Source: Narcine bancroftii (Eukaryota). Taken from it: DNA of 64,000 bases. A program made the translations under genes and the position numbers. The stretch spans positions 298,220,001 through 298,284,000 of the forward strand of contig NC_091471.1 in the NCBI RefSeq assembly GCF_036971445.1. Reading direction: 5' to 3'. The first letter of the stretch is position 1. Every line of letters starts with the position of its first letter. Positions 26,071 to 38,349 of this stretch are shown here, piece by piece. Under the pieces are notes generated by a model that was not told the DNA's origin, did not search any database, and worked only from the letters and a program-made list of their open reading frames with translations.

Positions 26071-28119
26071 ATCTTGGACTTGTGTTACCTTCCAGCCCAT
26101 GTTTGAATACATTCAGCATGTGGGCACACACCGTCTCATCATCCAAATATCTGCAAGTGAAACTTAACGCCCACTTCTGAAGTTACACAGATGAAGGGAA
26201 GATGACTGATAAAGCATCTTAGGGTGGCCATCTTGGAACACTGCCCCAAGCAGCTGGTCCACATAATCTTATCGCTGCTCCTATTTTTGTGATCAAAGTA
26301 AAACAGGGCAATTTTCTCCTCTGTTAGATGGCTATACTGGAACAGCCTGGTTAGTTGATCAGCTTCTTTGGGATGTGGTGGAGTGAATCGAGTTGGCAGA
26401 AGGCTACATTCTGCTGTTGAAAGCAGGGCATGGAGGCAAGATGAACCATTCATGCTCCTGTCATGTCTTGGGTACCGACTTGCTGAGCTCTACTGACATC
26501 GATGAAAGGGGTGGTTTTGTGGCCACTTATGAGCCAGGGTTGGAGCTGCAGAATTAACAATGGGAGATCTCATGGGAAGAAATGACCATTGTTCTAAATG
26601 AGCCCATCCATGGAAAAGACTAAAGCGTCGATTTTGAAACTACTGAACCCTTTCTGAAATTTGTTACAGCATGGTCTGGCATAATCCAATGTTTCCCCTG
26701 TCCAACGCAAGTTTCTACCAATCGCCGAGCGGCAATATTTTGGAGATCACTCTCCTCCCCATTCCAACTACCTATCTTACTTCTAAGTTCACAGCAGAGT
26801 CCCACGCGTCACCTGGGTAGCATGATCAGCAGTCCCCAGCCCCTCTGGGGTCATGGGCCAAGACTTGGAGAAAATCTGGGCTTTGCATCAAACAAGGTCA
26901 CTTCAAATTGACTCTTTGCAACCTATGCACAAGAAATATAGCATGTAAAAAAAAAAGTAACATTCAACCTTCCAAGAATTTATAACATTTACTTTTCCAA
27001 AAGTTCATCATTATTTCCCCTATCAGAAAAGCAAAGAAATCTAATCTTGCTGTATGATGCCTCAATGTACATCTGCTGACCACACTAACATCTTGAAGCA
27101 CATTTGTTTGAAATTTACCACATACTCCAACTATAATTTGTTGTTCCTGGTTTCGTTTATGTACTCGTTACAAACAAATTTAAGAATGCAAACAGAAAGT
27201 AGGGAAACGTTATTTATTTGGAGCATCATGTTTGCACCTTGGAGGTCAGTGACAATCTAACAAATTATGGCTCTAGCCTCTTGTTGTAAAGCGCGGGGGG
27301 TGAGGAGGGGAAGAAGCTATTTAAATATGTGGTTAAGAAAACCTTCAGAATATTTATCCATTTCCACTTTACTATTTAATCGTGGGGTTCCCGCCACATA
27401 TTTTCATTAGAGCTTTTTTAAAAATGCACAACTCCATGGAGTACTTGATGGCAAGAGTCGAAACCTGAACATTTTAACTTCATGTTTCACTAACTGCTTT
27501 CATTGGTAGTCTATTTTACTGATTTACAAAGAAGGAAAGGAACTGTTACCAATGTCTACACATGCTAGAAACCTACTGAAACTTATTAGCTCCCCAGAAC
27601 AATATACAATCACTGTAACTTTCAGTCGTAGATTTAAAGACTGCTGGTTCAGTCCCACAGAGCCTGGAAAGTTATCACAGATTGAATGCTGTAAGTTCTG
27701 AATATACTAAATAAATTTCCCAGAAGCGACTTGTTCAGAATGGGCTCTGCCAAATTCAGCAGGAACCTCAAGAGTGCAAACAGAGAGCAGATCTTCCAAT
27801 CTTCCTACTGCTAAATCAGACAAATCTGTGCTTGTTAAACACCCAGAAATAGCACCCTGATGTTGAATTTAACCCCTTTCATCTTAAAACTATGAACCGC
27901 AAGTTAAATGCTTGCGGGTCATGTCACCGAATTGTGCCGCATTAAGGAGCACGTTCACTCCCTGCTTATTGCAGCTCTTCCCTCGAGTTTGCAGATCAGT
28001 TCTCCCCTCTACTGCTCTGTAACAAAATCAATGCCCCTTCAAACCCTTTCAGAAAGTTCAATCAAGACTGGTACTTCCACCATTTCAGGGAACATTTTCC
28101 AGATCAAATCAATGCACAT

Positions 28120-28342
28120 GTTAGCCATCCTCAACCTTTTTTGTTTGGCTACAGCCCCCCCTCAAGATTTATGGGCTCCCTTCGCTGTGAAGCAGTCAAG
28201 TTCACTTAGTTTCTTCAATACCTGTACTTCTTTCCTACCGACTACATTAAAAAAAAAATTATGTTACACAAGGCGAATGAAAACAAGATTTTTACTTAAG
28301 TGAGCTGGGCCCCCCACCCCCGGGTAGGGGGTCAGGTGTAGG
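28120..28342. mobile_element. Non-autonomous DNA transposon (hAT-like MITE)
   Basis: Imperfect terminal inverted repeats gccatcctcaa / ttgagaatgga. Confidence 0.5.
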
Positions 28343-31007
28343 GGCCCCTTTGAGAATGGATGCACGAGACAAAAGGTAGGCTCCCCATTTCTCCCCCTAT
28401 CCTGCTGCAGATAACACAATTTAACTATCTCTCCATGCGGCTGTTAATAAAGGTATAGAGTCTACTTCCTTTTTAAATTTCTTTCAACATCTTCAAATAT
28501 TTTGGGGAAATAACACCCCAGTTTTCCAATTCTTTCAAACATTCCATTGTTTATTTTGCCACTTCCCATTTTCCCGACTCGAATGAATCACTTTACACAT
28601 GCATGATACATTTCAGTGCCACGTATCTGTCCCCTTTGCCAGTGTGTCTATATTCCCCTGAAGCCTGTGGAAGTCTTTAAAAACGTTTCAGGTTTTTAAA
28701 CATTTTGGGGGTTTTTTTGTCTCTCTCCAATCAAAACAATCTTGAAAGAGTAATCAAGTTTATAAGCAGAAAATTAAACATCAATATTTAGTCTTTCATC
28801 CTTTTTTCTGTTAATTGGATCTTGTAATGACAGAGAAGGGGGGTAATTTAAACATCCACGCTTAATCTAGGTGCTGGGGAGCAAGTCCATTTGTCATATT
28901 TTCCGCCTCCTTATATCCAATGCTTTTGAAAATGATTCTCTCTTGTAACCCCTCCATGATTCTTTTTGCCATTAACCATATAAGCCTAAATCAGGGCTGA
29001 TCGTATTTGTAGAGCGGTGAAGGAGCCACATCATCTGCAACACAATGACAACTCCAGCAGCAGTTCTTCAGGTTTTGCAATAAGCCGCTACAGATTTCAT
29101 TGACTGAAATATTGATGTTTTTACTGCAAAAATAAATGTTACCAGCTCCACAATGGAGATTGGAAGGTTGATGAAGAAATAAAAGCCAATAGCAGATCAA
29201 AATTTAAACTTGAACAAGATATGGATTTGCAATGATACACAGATGAGTTTAGACTGCATTTTTACACTGATCAATTGAGATAAAAATGTCCCATGAGATC
29301 GAGGAAGGGAAAAGAAAATGGCTCATGGCTTCTGTCAAATTTGGCACGGAGTCGGCTTCAAATGAAAGAGGTGAACTGCGTGCTTTATCAAATGTGAATC
29401 TCAAAACTCACAGTGGGTTTTGCTGGGAGATAAGTGAGCCAAGAGATTGAGCCCAGGCCAGAATGGTGACCCTGAAGTTCCCAAACTCCAGCAGAATGCC
29501 ACCTATTCCAATAAATGTGTTGCTGTCAGTTACAAGGTGATCTGAAAGTGGGAGAACTTAGTGCAAATAAGGCAACTACATTACAATCACTCAGTACCCA
29601 CAACTGAGTGGCTCCAAAATGAATATTGTCCTCCAGCCTGTCAACCAAAACCAGTGTAGAATATTTCCCGTTTATAGACACTCATACAGTTAATAGCATG
29701 TTCTTGAAACACCATTTCAGTGAACAGCAGTTCAGTAGAAAAGCAAAATAATTTTAGTCTGAAACTATTAATATGCAACATATCATTAATTGCAAATACC
29801 TTTATAATGCAATACTGAGTGACCAACTATCTTTTTTTTGTCTGTAATTTCTGTGAGAACTTTTAGAGGAACAAGATTCTTTTTCTTGCAATCTCAGTTG
29901 CTTATTAATATGTAAAATGGGGATTCCTGGGAAATTTCCCTGGGCACCCTCCTGTGAACTGACGGTATGAAAATGTCAGCCCGGGAAAATTATCCAGACT
30001 CTACATCTTAGGTAGGACACAGCCACCCTCTCCCACAGTCTGAATCAGAAAATGGCCAAGCAGAGGAAGCTTCGTGACATCAGCACTTGTGAGCTGCATC
30101 ACCAATCAAGGAAGAAGCATGTGGGAGAGGTGTTTGTGCAATAGGATTGTGGATTAAATTACTCAACTTATTTAGGCATATAGGCATTTGTTTTATTGAT
30201 TTTTGGAAAATCCTCGTCCACCGTTACTGTGCGATCCGACTTCCAGTAAGACTTCCTGTGAGTGTGCAACATCGCTGGGGGTGGGACCACCCCTCCCCGC
30301 TAAATTGCCAGGGCAGGCATATTACAGGGAATTAGGACCGTGCTGTGAAAGGCCCAGGAGGTCCTGCCTTCCTGGGAATTTCACCTGGGTCCAAGTAGGG
30401 TCACCGTTCGCCTGCGGTGTGAGAAGGCCTACTGTCTACCAATAGATTTGAGTACTGGGAATCAAAACTCCATTCTGCCTGATCACCAGTCACACAAGAT
30501 CCAGATGGGTCTTGCACCGCCAAAACATTACAAAGATGCAAACTCTTTTGTTTTCCACCAGCGTGCTGCTGAGAACCCACTTGCAACAAGGTAAAGGTTT
30601 GAGCAGTTCGGTCATGGGCCTGAATCCACCAGCAACAGATTGGGACCATTCATGGCAAGAGGTTTCCGGAACTCTAGTTTCCATATACGATTTGTCCAAG
30701 CCACAATTAAATGAATGGATACAAGCCTCCAAAGCCTTCGATTTAGCTCATTTCATTGCAAATGCATGCAAGTGGGAATGCTGATTCTGGTAAAGCATTT
30801 ACCTCGAGCAAGCTGTTGTCTTAAGTATGACTATTTGGTATGGCATTATTCATGGAATCAATGTAATCATGTTTTTTTCCATACTTCAAGAAGCTGCCCC
30901 ACCAGCAGTCAAACTGCGACATGAAAGCGCCCAATGGTGTATGCTCATGAACAATTATTGTCACCCACATGCATTCCATATCGAATACCCGTGACTACTT
31001 CTTTAAT

Positions 31008-31565
31008 TCTTTCTTTGGCTTGGCTTCACGGACGAAGATTTATGGAGGGGTAATGTCCACGTCAGCTGCAGGCTCGTTGGCGGCTGACAAGTCCGATGCA
31101 GGACAGGCAGACACGGTTGCAAGAGAAAACTGGGTGTTGGGTTTTTCCTCCTTTGTCTTTTGTCAGTGAGGTGGGCTCTGCGGTCTTCTTCAAAGGAGGT
31201 TGCTGCCCGCCGAACTGTGAGGCGCCAAGATGCACGGTTTGAGGCGAGATCAGCCCACTGGCGATGGTCAATGTGGCAGGCACCAAGAGCTTTCTTTAGG
31301 CAGTCCTTGTACCTCTTCTTTGGTGCACCTCTGTCTCGGTGGCCAGCGGCCATATATCTTGGGAAGGCGATGGTCCTCCATTCTGGAGACGTGACCTACC
31401 CAGCGCAGTTGGATCTTCAGCAGCATGGATTCGATGCTGTCGGCCTCTGCCATCTTGAGTACTTCGATGTTGGAGATGAAGTCGCTCCAATGAATATTGA
31501 GGATGGAGCGGAGACAACGTTGGTGGAAGTGTTCTAGGAGCCGTAGGTGATTCGGGTCAGATACA
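31008..31565 (-). mobile_element. 5'-truncated RTE-clade LINE with 11-bp TSD
   Basis: 'QLRWVGHVSRMEDHRLPK', 'GHRDRGAPKKRYKD'. TSD acttctttaat at 30997-31007 and 31566-31576. Confidence 0.92.
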
Positions 31566-31604
31566 ACTTCTTTAATATACACCAGTTATATGTAGGTTTA
31601 ATGT

Positions 31605-31643
31605 TTCTTTATTCTTCTTTTGGCTTGGCTAGCCAAGAAGCGA
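31605..31643 (-). mobile_element. 39-bp RTE tail insertion with 11-bp TSD
   Basis: agccaagccaaaagaagaa tail flanked by aggtttaatgt at 31594-31604 and 31644-31654. Confidence 0.75.
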
Positions 31644-33719
31644 AGGTTTAATGTATGCAGGTTTTAATTACATGTGCCCACCTTTAGTTTGTGAGCTCAT
31701 TCCATTGTTTAAAAAAATTACAAAAACAAAATAACCATTCTCTACGGCAATGTACATAATTACCATTATCTCTTGCTACTATAATGCAAGTGGATGTTAG
31801 CTAGTTATTTATGCCGAATATAGGTGCCATCACAATTGTTTCAGTCTGACTTTCCCCATTCTTTGCTTCTTAGAGATTAAAAACATCAAGGTAACATTCA
31901 AAGCAACACCCATTTTACCTTGAGCAGCCTTGCCCAAGACCTGACTTTTGAATTAAAACATCAAGAAACCTGAAATTCACATTTAAATTCTTCCCTCAAT
32001 CTGGCAACGCTTTGAGATCCAGACCATAATAGCATTTTTCATGCTAACACCCACTGCTGACCATTAAAAATTATAGTGCAGAGATTCCTTCAACTTCACT
32101 ATTTCACACCGTTTTCCATGCTTTTGCATCGTGACTACTACAACACTGCAGAGCACAAAGTTTCTCTGATTCACATGCTTTGATACGACGACCATATGAA
32201 CAGTTTACCATTTCACTTCAGTCAATTCCTCAAAATTCACCGATCCATGGGCAAAGATTTCTTTTGCTCCCCAAAAGTTGTTGAATCTTGAAACAATCAA
32301 TAAAAATATTTGAGGAATTGAAAAACATTTAAGAATTGGCAGAGAGGAAAGCCAAATAAATCTATAAAGAATCAAAGTGCAATATAAAAAGGAAATTAGT
32401 TGAGAGGAACATAATATTTATCTTTAAAAAGTCACTGAATTTAAATGTGAAGTGATAAAGAAAATACAGCAAGGAACAAAAACTGTAATATTGAAATAAT
32501 AAAGTATAAAATAAGTAATTTATTTTATAATTTACCTAAGTAAACTCAGGTTTTGAATTATAATGTATACATTAAATCCCTTTCACTTTCGTTTTTCCTT
32601 AAAGTACATAAGAAACATCTTCTTGTCCCACGTAGGAAGTACCCTTTTGTCTGCTATTATTAAAGAATGTTTATAATGCTTCTAGACCATGAAACTATTT
32701 AAATAATTAATCGGACAATAAGGCAGCTTTGTTATTCGATACAGACTGTCTGGCCTGATTAGCTACACTTGAACTGTTTTCTGATCACTGCAAGCTGCTG
32801 TACCTCTTCGAAAAATAGATTTCACATTCTCGATCCTCGGGAAAAACATCCAAATTATAAACACGCGCCACTAACGTGTTATTACCTCTTCGCATTTGAT
32901 ATTCCAACTAAATTTTCACTTTTAAGAATCTGTGATTCAATATCCATGCAAGTCAGTAGATCTGCATAACCAGCGCAAGGAATGGCAAAGCCAAGTTTTA
33001 CAAAAAAATTCTCATTGAAATTGCATTTTTGTTTTAAATGGCAAAAATGAACAACATGACATTTTTTGGAAGGAGCAAGTGTAATTTCATTACCAGATTC
33101 AACAGATCCCCACTGTACCTATTCTCTGTTAGTTAACTCCAGTAAGCAGTTATCGAATCTTTTCACAAGGCACAGAACTCCATAGAAAGTGCAACCTTCT
33201 GAATTAACTAAATAGTCTCGATCAAAGTGCATGAGACCAGTATTACAGAAAAAAAATAAGTAGTATAACGACGTTGAGAAAATATGTGGCTAAATGACCA
33301 ATAACGAATGACAGAAAATTGATTCTCAAAGGAAAACAAAAATCTTTTAACCTGCAGGAGTTTAAATAGGGCACAAAATGTGCTCTGTACTTAGGATCCA
33401 CAACCCAGCAGCAATGTATGCTTGCACTGATCCCATTCCAAGTCCTCTCATTTTAGTACAATTTACAATGTTAGTGTATAACAGGTATAAACATTTATCT
33501 TCCCTTTACAGAAGGGAAGAAATCATAGGCATTAACAAAACCAAAGTCCTGCAAAACAAAAGTTCTTCCAGCTTCAAATAGCTGTAGTAACAATTGTTAA
33601 AAATCTCATGTGAGCAGCTGGGAGTGTTCTCCAGATTTTGACCAAACCAAATATGAAGAAGCAAGAAGTAGATTTTAAAATGTTCAATGTAGAATTATTT
33701 TTCAATTTACAGTCACTGG

Positions 33720-34525
33720 TAGGCCCGGGGGGGGGGGGGGGGGGGCGGGGGGGTGGGCAGGATGTTCAAGAGGGGAAAGACAGGGGATTATGGTAGGAAA
33801 GGGGTCAAGAAAGGGGGCTGAGTGTGGGACTAAAGGGGACTGAATGGACGTGGGTGGTGGGATCAAGGATGAGGTGGGGAAGAGGTTGATGAGCATGGGC
33901 AGAGAGGTACATCTAGAAGGGGAAGTGTGGCATAGCAAGCTGGAGAGGCTGGGGTGGTGGAGGTGAAGAGGGGACACTATGCAAGGATCGAGTGGCATAG
34001 TAAAGGGAGAAATGAATGCAAATGGGAAATTGGTTGGGGAAAAGGAGTTAGATGCCATCACCTGTGGTTCAGAGAGGAGGTGAAGATTTGTAAGAGGGTT
34101 AGTGTAGGGGAGAAAGGAGATGGGATATAGTGCAGAAAGGTGAGGAAGAGAGGCAGATGAAGGAGGACAAGAGGGAAAAGAGGAAAGGGGTAAGAGTAAA
34201 GGTTGAAAATGGAGGAAAACAGAGCGGGGGAAACATAGAAAACCAATGAGATCAGATGAGAAAGGAGGAAAGATAGAATAGATGAGAAGGGTCAGGAATG
34301 AAAGGCATAGGGAAGGAAAGGGGAGCAGAAATAGTTGGCAACCTGGAGGTTTGCGAATGTGGGAACGAGAGGGGATGGCGATTGAGCAGTGAAAAAGGGA
34401 AAGGAGATGGAGATGAGAGGGGAGGCGGGTCATGGGGAGGCAGGGCCATGAAAATGGAGAGTGAGTGATTGTGAAAGAAAGAGGGCAATAGGTTCCAGGG
34501 AGATAAAAGAAGTGACACAGATAGA
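33720..34525. repeat. Purine-rich low-complexity tract starting with a ~30-nt G run
   Basis: + strand dominated by G/A with no clear unit. Abuts the GC tandem array. Confidence 0.8.
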
Positions 34526-37500
34526 GGGGGCGGCAGGCGGGGCAGGCGGCGGGAGCGGGGCAGGCGGGGGAGGCGGCGGGAGCGGGGCAGGCGGGGGAGG
34601 CGGCGGGAGCGGGGCAGGCGGGGGAGGCGGCGGGAGCGGGGCAGGCGGGGGAGGCGGCGGGAGCGGGGCAGGCGGGGGAGGCGGCGGGGAGCGGGGCAGG
34701 CGGGGGAGGCGGCGGGAGCGGGGCAGGCGGGGGAGGCGGCGGGAGCGGGGCAGGCGGGGGAGGCGGCGGGAGCGGGGCAGGCGGGGGAGGCGGCGGGAGC
34801 GGGGCAGGCGGGGGAGGCGGCGGGAGCGGGGCAGGCGGGGGAGGCGGCGGGAGCGGGGCAGGCGGGGGAGGCGGCGGGAGCGGGGCAGGCGGGGGAGGCG
34901 GCGGGAGCGGGGCAGGCGGGGGAGGCGGCGGGAGCGGGGCAGGCGGGGGAGGCGGCGGGAGCGGGGCAGGCGGGGGAGGCGGCGGGAGCGGGGCAGGCGG
35001 GGGAGGCGGCGGGAGCGGGGCAGGCGGGGGAGGCGGCGGGAGCGGGGCAGGCGGGGGAGGCGGCGGGAGCGGGGCAGGCGGGGGAGGCGGCGGGAGCGGG
35101 GCAGGCGGGGGAGGCGGCGGGAGCGGGGCAGGCGGGGGAGGCGGCGGGAGCGGGGCAGGCGGGGGAGGCGGCGGGAGCGGGGCAGGCGGCGGGAGCGGGG
35201 CAGGCGGCGGGAGCGGGGCAGGCGGGGGAGGCGGCGGGAGCGGGGCAGGCGGGGGAGGCGGCGGGAGCGGGGCAGGCGGGGGAGGCGGCGGGAGCGGGGC
35301 AGGCGGGGGAGGCGGCGGGAGCGGGGCAGGCGGGGGAGGCGGCGGGAGCGGGGCAGGCGGCGGGAGCGGGGCAGGCGGCGGGAGCGGGGCAGGCGGCGGG
35401 AGCGGGGCAGGCGGCGGGAGCGGGGCAGGCGGCGGGAGCGGGGCAGGCGGCGGGAGCGGGGCAGGCGGCGGGAGCGGGGCAGGCGGCGGGAGCGGGGCAG
35501 GCGGCGGGAGCGGGGCAGGCGGCGGGAGCGGGGCAGGCGGCGGGAGCGGGGCAGGCGGCGGGAGCGGGGCAGGCGGCGGGAGCGGGGCAGGCGGCGGGAG
35601 CGGGGCAGGCGGCGGGAGCGGGGCAGGCGGCGGGAGCGGGGCAGGCGGCGGGAGCGGGGCAGGCGGCGGGAGCGGGGCAGGCGGCGGGAGCGGGGCAGGC
35701 GGCGGGAGCGGGGCAGGCGGCGGGAGCGGGGCAGGCGGCGGGAGCGGGGCAGGCGGCGGGAGCGGGGCAGGCGGCGGGAGCGGGGCAGGCGGCGGGAGCG
35801 GGGCAGGCGGCGGGAGCGGGGCAGGCGGCGGGAGCGGGGCAGGCGGCGGGAGCGGGGCAGGCGGCGGGAGCGGGGCAGGCGGCGGGAGCGGGGCAGGCGG
35901 CGGGAGCGGGGCAGGCGGCGGGAGCGGGGCAGGCGGCGGGAGCGGGGCAGGCGGCGGGAGCGGGGCAGGCGGCGGGAGCGGGGCAGGCGGCGGGAGCGGG
36001 GCAGGCGGCGGGAGCGGGGCAGGCGGCGGGAGCGGGGCAGGCGGCGGGAGCGGGGCAGGCGGCGGGAGCGGGGCAGGCGGCGGGAGCGGGGCAGGCGGCG
36101 GGAGCGGGGCAGGCGGCGGGAGCGGGGCAGGCGGCGGGAGCGGGGCAGGCGGCGGGAGCGGGGCAGGCGGCGGGAGCGGGGCAGGCGGCGGGAGCGGGGC
36201 AGGCGGCGGGAGCGGGGCAGGCGGCGGGAGCGGGGCAGGCGGCGGGAGCGGGGCAGGCGGCGGGAGCGGGGCAGGCGGCGGGAGCGGGGCAGGCGGCGGG
36301 AGCGGGGCAGGCGGCGGGAGCGGGGCAGGCGGCGGGAGCGGGGCAGGCGGCGGGAGCGGGGCAGGCGGCGGGAGCGGGGCAGGCGGCGGGAGCGGGGCAG
36401 GCGGCGGGAGCGGGGCAGGCGGCGGGAGCGGGGCAGGCGGCGGGAGCGGGGCAGGCGGCGGGAGCGGGGCAGGCGGCGGGAGCGGGGCAGGCGGCGGGAG
36501 CGGGGCAGGCGGCGGGAGCGGGGCAGGCGGCGGGAGCGGGGCAGGCGGCGGGAGCGGGGCAGGCGGCGGGAGCGGGGCAGGCGGCGGGAGCGGGGCAGGC
36601 GGCGGGAGCGGGGCAGGCGGCGGGAGCGGGGCAGGCGGCGGGAGCGGGGCAGGCGGCGGGAGCGGGGCAGGCGGCGGGAGCGGGGCAGGCGGCGGGAGCG
36701 GGGCAGGCGGCGGGAGCGGGGCAGGCGGCGGGAGCGGGGCAGGCGGCGGGAGCGGGGCAGGCGGCGGGAGCGGGGCAGGCGGCGGGAGCGGGGCAGGCGG
36801 CGGGAGCGGGGCAGGCGGCGGGAGCGGGGCAGGCGGCGGGAGCGGGGCAGGCGGCGGGAGCGGGGCAGGCGGCGGGAGCGGGGCAGGCGGCGGGAGCGGG
36901 GCAGGCGGCGGGAGCGGGGCAGGCGGCGGGAGCGGGGCAGGCGGCGGGAGCGGGGCAGGCGGCGGGAGCGGGGCAGGCGGCGGGAGCGGGGCAGGCGGCG
37001 GGAGCGGGGCAGGCGGCGGGAGCGGGGCAGGCGGCGGGAGCGGGGCAGGCGGCGGGAGCGGGGCAGGCGGCGGGAGCGGGGCAGGCGGCGGGAGCGGGGC
37101 AGGCGGCGGGAGCGGGGCAGGCGGCGGGAGCGGGGCAGGCGGCGGGAGCGGGGCAGGCGGCGGGAGCGGGGCAGGCGGCGGGAGCGGGGCAGGCGGCGGG
37201 AGCGGGGCAGGCGGCGGGAGCGGGGCAGGCGGCGGGAGCGGGGCAGGCGGCGGGAGCGGGGCAGGCGGCGGGAGCGGGGCAGGCGGCGGGAGCGGGGCAG
37301 GCGGCGGGAGCGGGGCAGGCGGCGGGAGCGGGGCAGGCGGCGGGAGCGGGGCAGGCGGCGGGAGCGGGGCAGGCGGCGGGAGCGGGGCAGGCGGCGGGAG
37401 CGGGGCAGGCGGCGGGAGCGGGGCAGGCGGCGGGAGCGGGGCAGGCGGCGGGAGCGGGGCAGGCGGCGGGAGCGGGGCAGGCGGCGGGAGCGGGGCAGGC

Positions 37501-38347
37501 GGCGGGAGCGGGGCAGGCGGCGGGAGCGGGGCAGGCGGCGGGAGCGGGGCAGGCGGCGGGAGCGGGGCAGGCGGCGGGAGCGGGGCAGGCGGCGGGAGCG
37601 GGGCAGGCGGCGGGAGCGGGGCAGGCGGCGGGAGCGGGGCAGGCGGCGGGAGCGGGGCAGGCGGCGGGAGCGGGGCAGGCGGCGGGAGCGGGGCAGGCGG
37701 CGGGAGCGGGGCAGGCGGCGGGAGCGGGGCAGGCGGCGGGAGCGGGGCAGGCGGCGGGAGCGGGGCAGGCGGGCGGGAGCGGGAGCGGGGCAGGCGGGGA
37801 GGGGGCGGGAGCGGGGCAGGCGGGGAGGGGGCGGGAGCGGGGCAGGCGGGGAGGGGGCGGGAGCGGGGCAGGCGGGGAGGGGGCGGGAGCGGGGCAGGCG
37901 GGGAGGGGGCGGGAGCGGGGCAGGCGGGGAGGGGGCGGGAGCGGGGCAGGCGGGGAGGGGGCGGGAGCGGGGCAGGCGGGGAGGGGGCGGGAGCGGGGCA
38001 GGCGGGGAGGGGGCGGGAGCGGGGCAGGCGGGGAGGGGGCGGGAGCGGGGCAGGCGGGGAGGGGGCGGGAGCGGGGCAGGCGGGGAGGGGGCGGGAGCGG
38101 GGCAGGCGGGGAGGGGGCGGGAGCGGGGCAGGCGGGGAGGGGGCGGGAGCGGGGCAGGCGGGGAGGGGGCGGGAGCGGGGCAGGCGGGGAGGGGGCGGGA
38201 GCGGGGCAGGCGGGGAGGGGGCGGGAGCGGGGCAGGCGGGGAGGGGGCGGGAGCGGGGCAGGCGGGGAGGGGGCGGGAGCGGGGCAGGCGGGGAGGGGGC
38301 GGGAGAGGCGCAGGCGGGGAGGGGGCGGGAGAGGCGCAGGCGGGGAG
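34526..38347. repeat. ~3.8 kb compound G-rich minisatellite (27-, 18- and 26-bp units)
   Basis: GGCGGCGGGAGCGGGGCAGGCGGGGGA (~34545-35340), GGCGGCGGGAGCGGGGCA (~35340-37770, ~135 copies), GGGGGCGGGAGCGGGGCAGGCGGGGA (~37780-38347). Confidence 0.98.
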
Positions 38348-38349
38348 CA

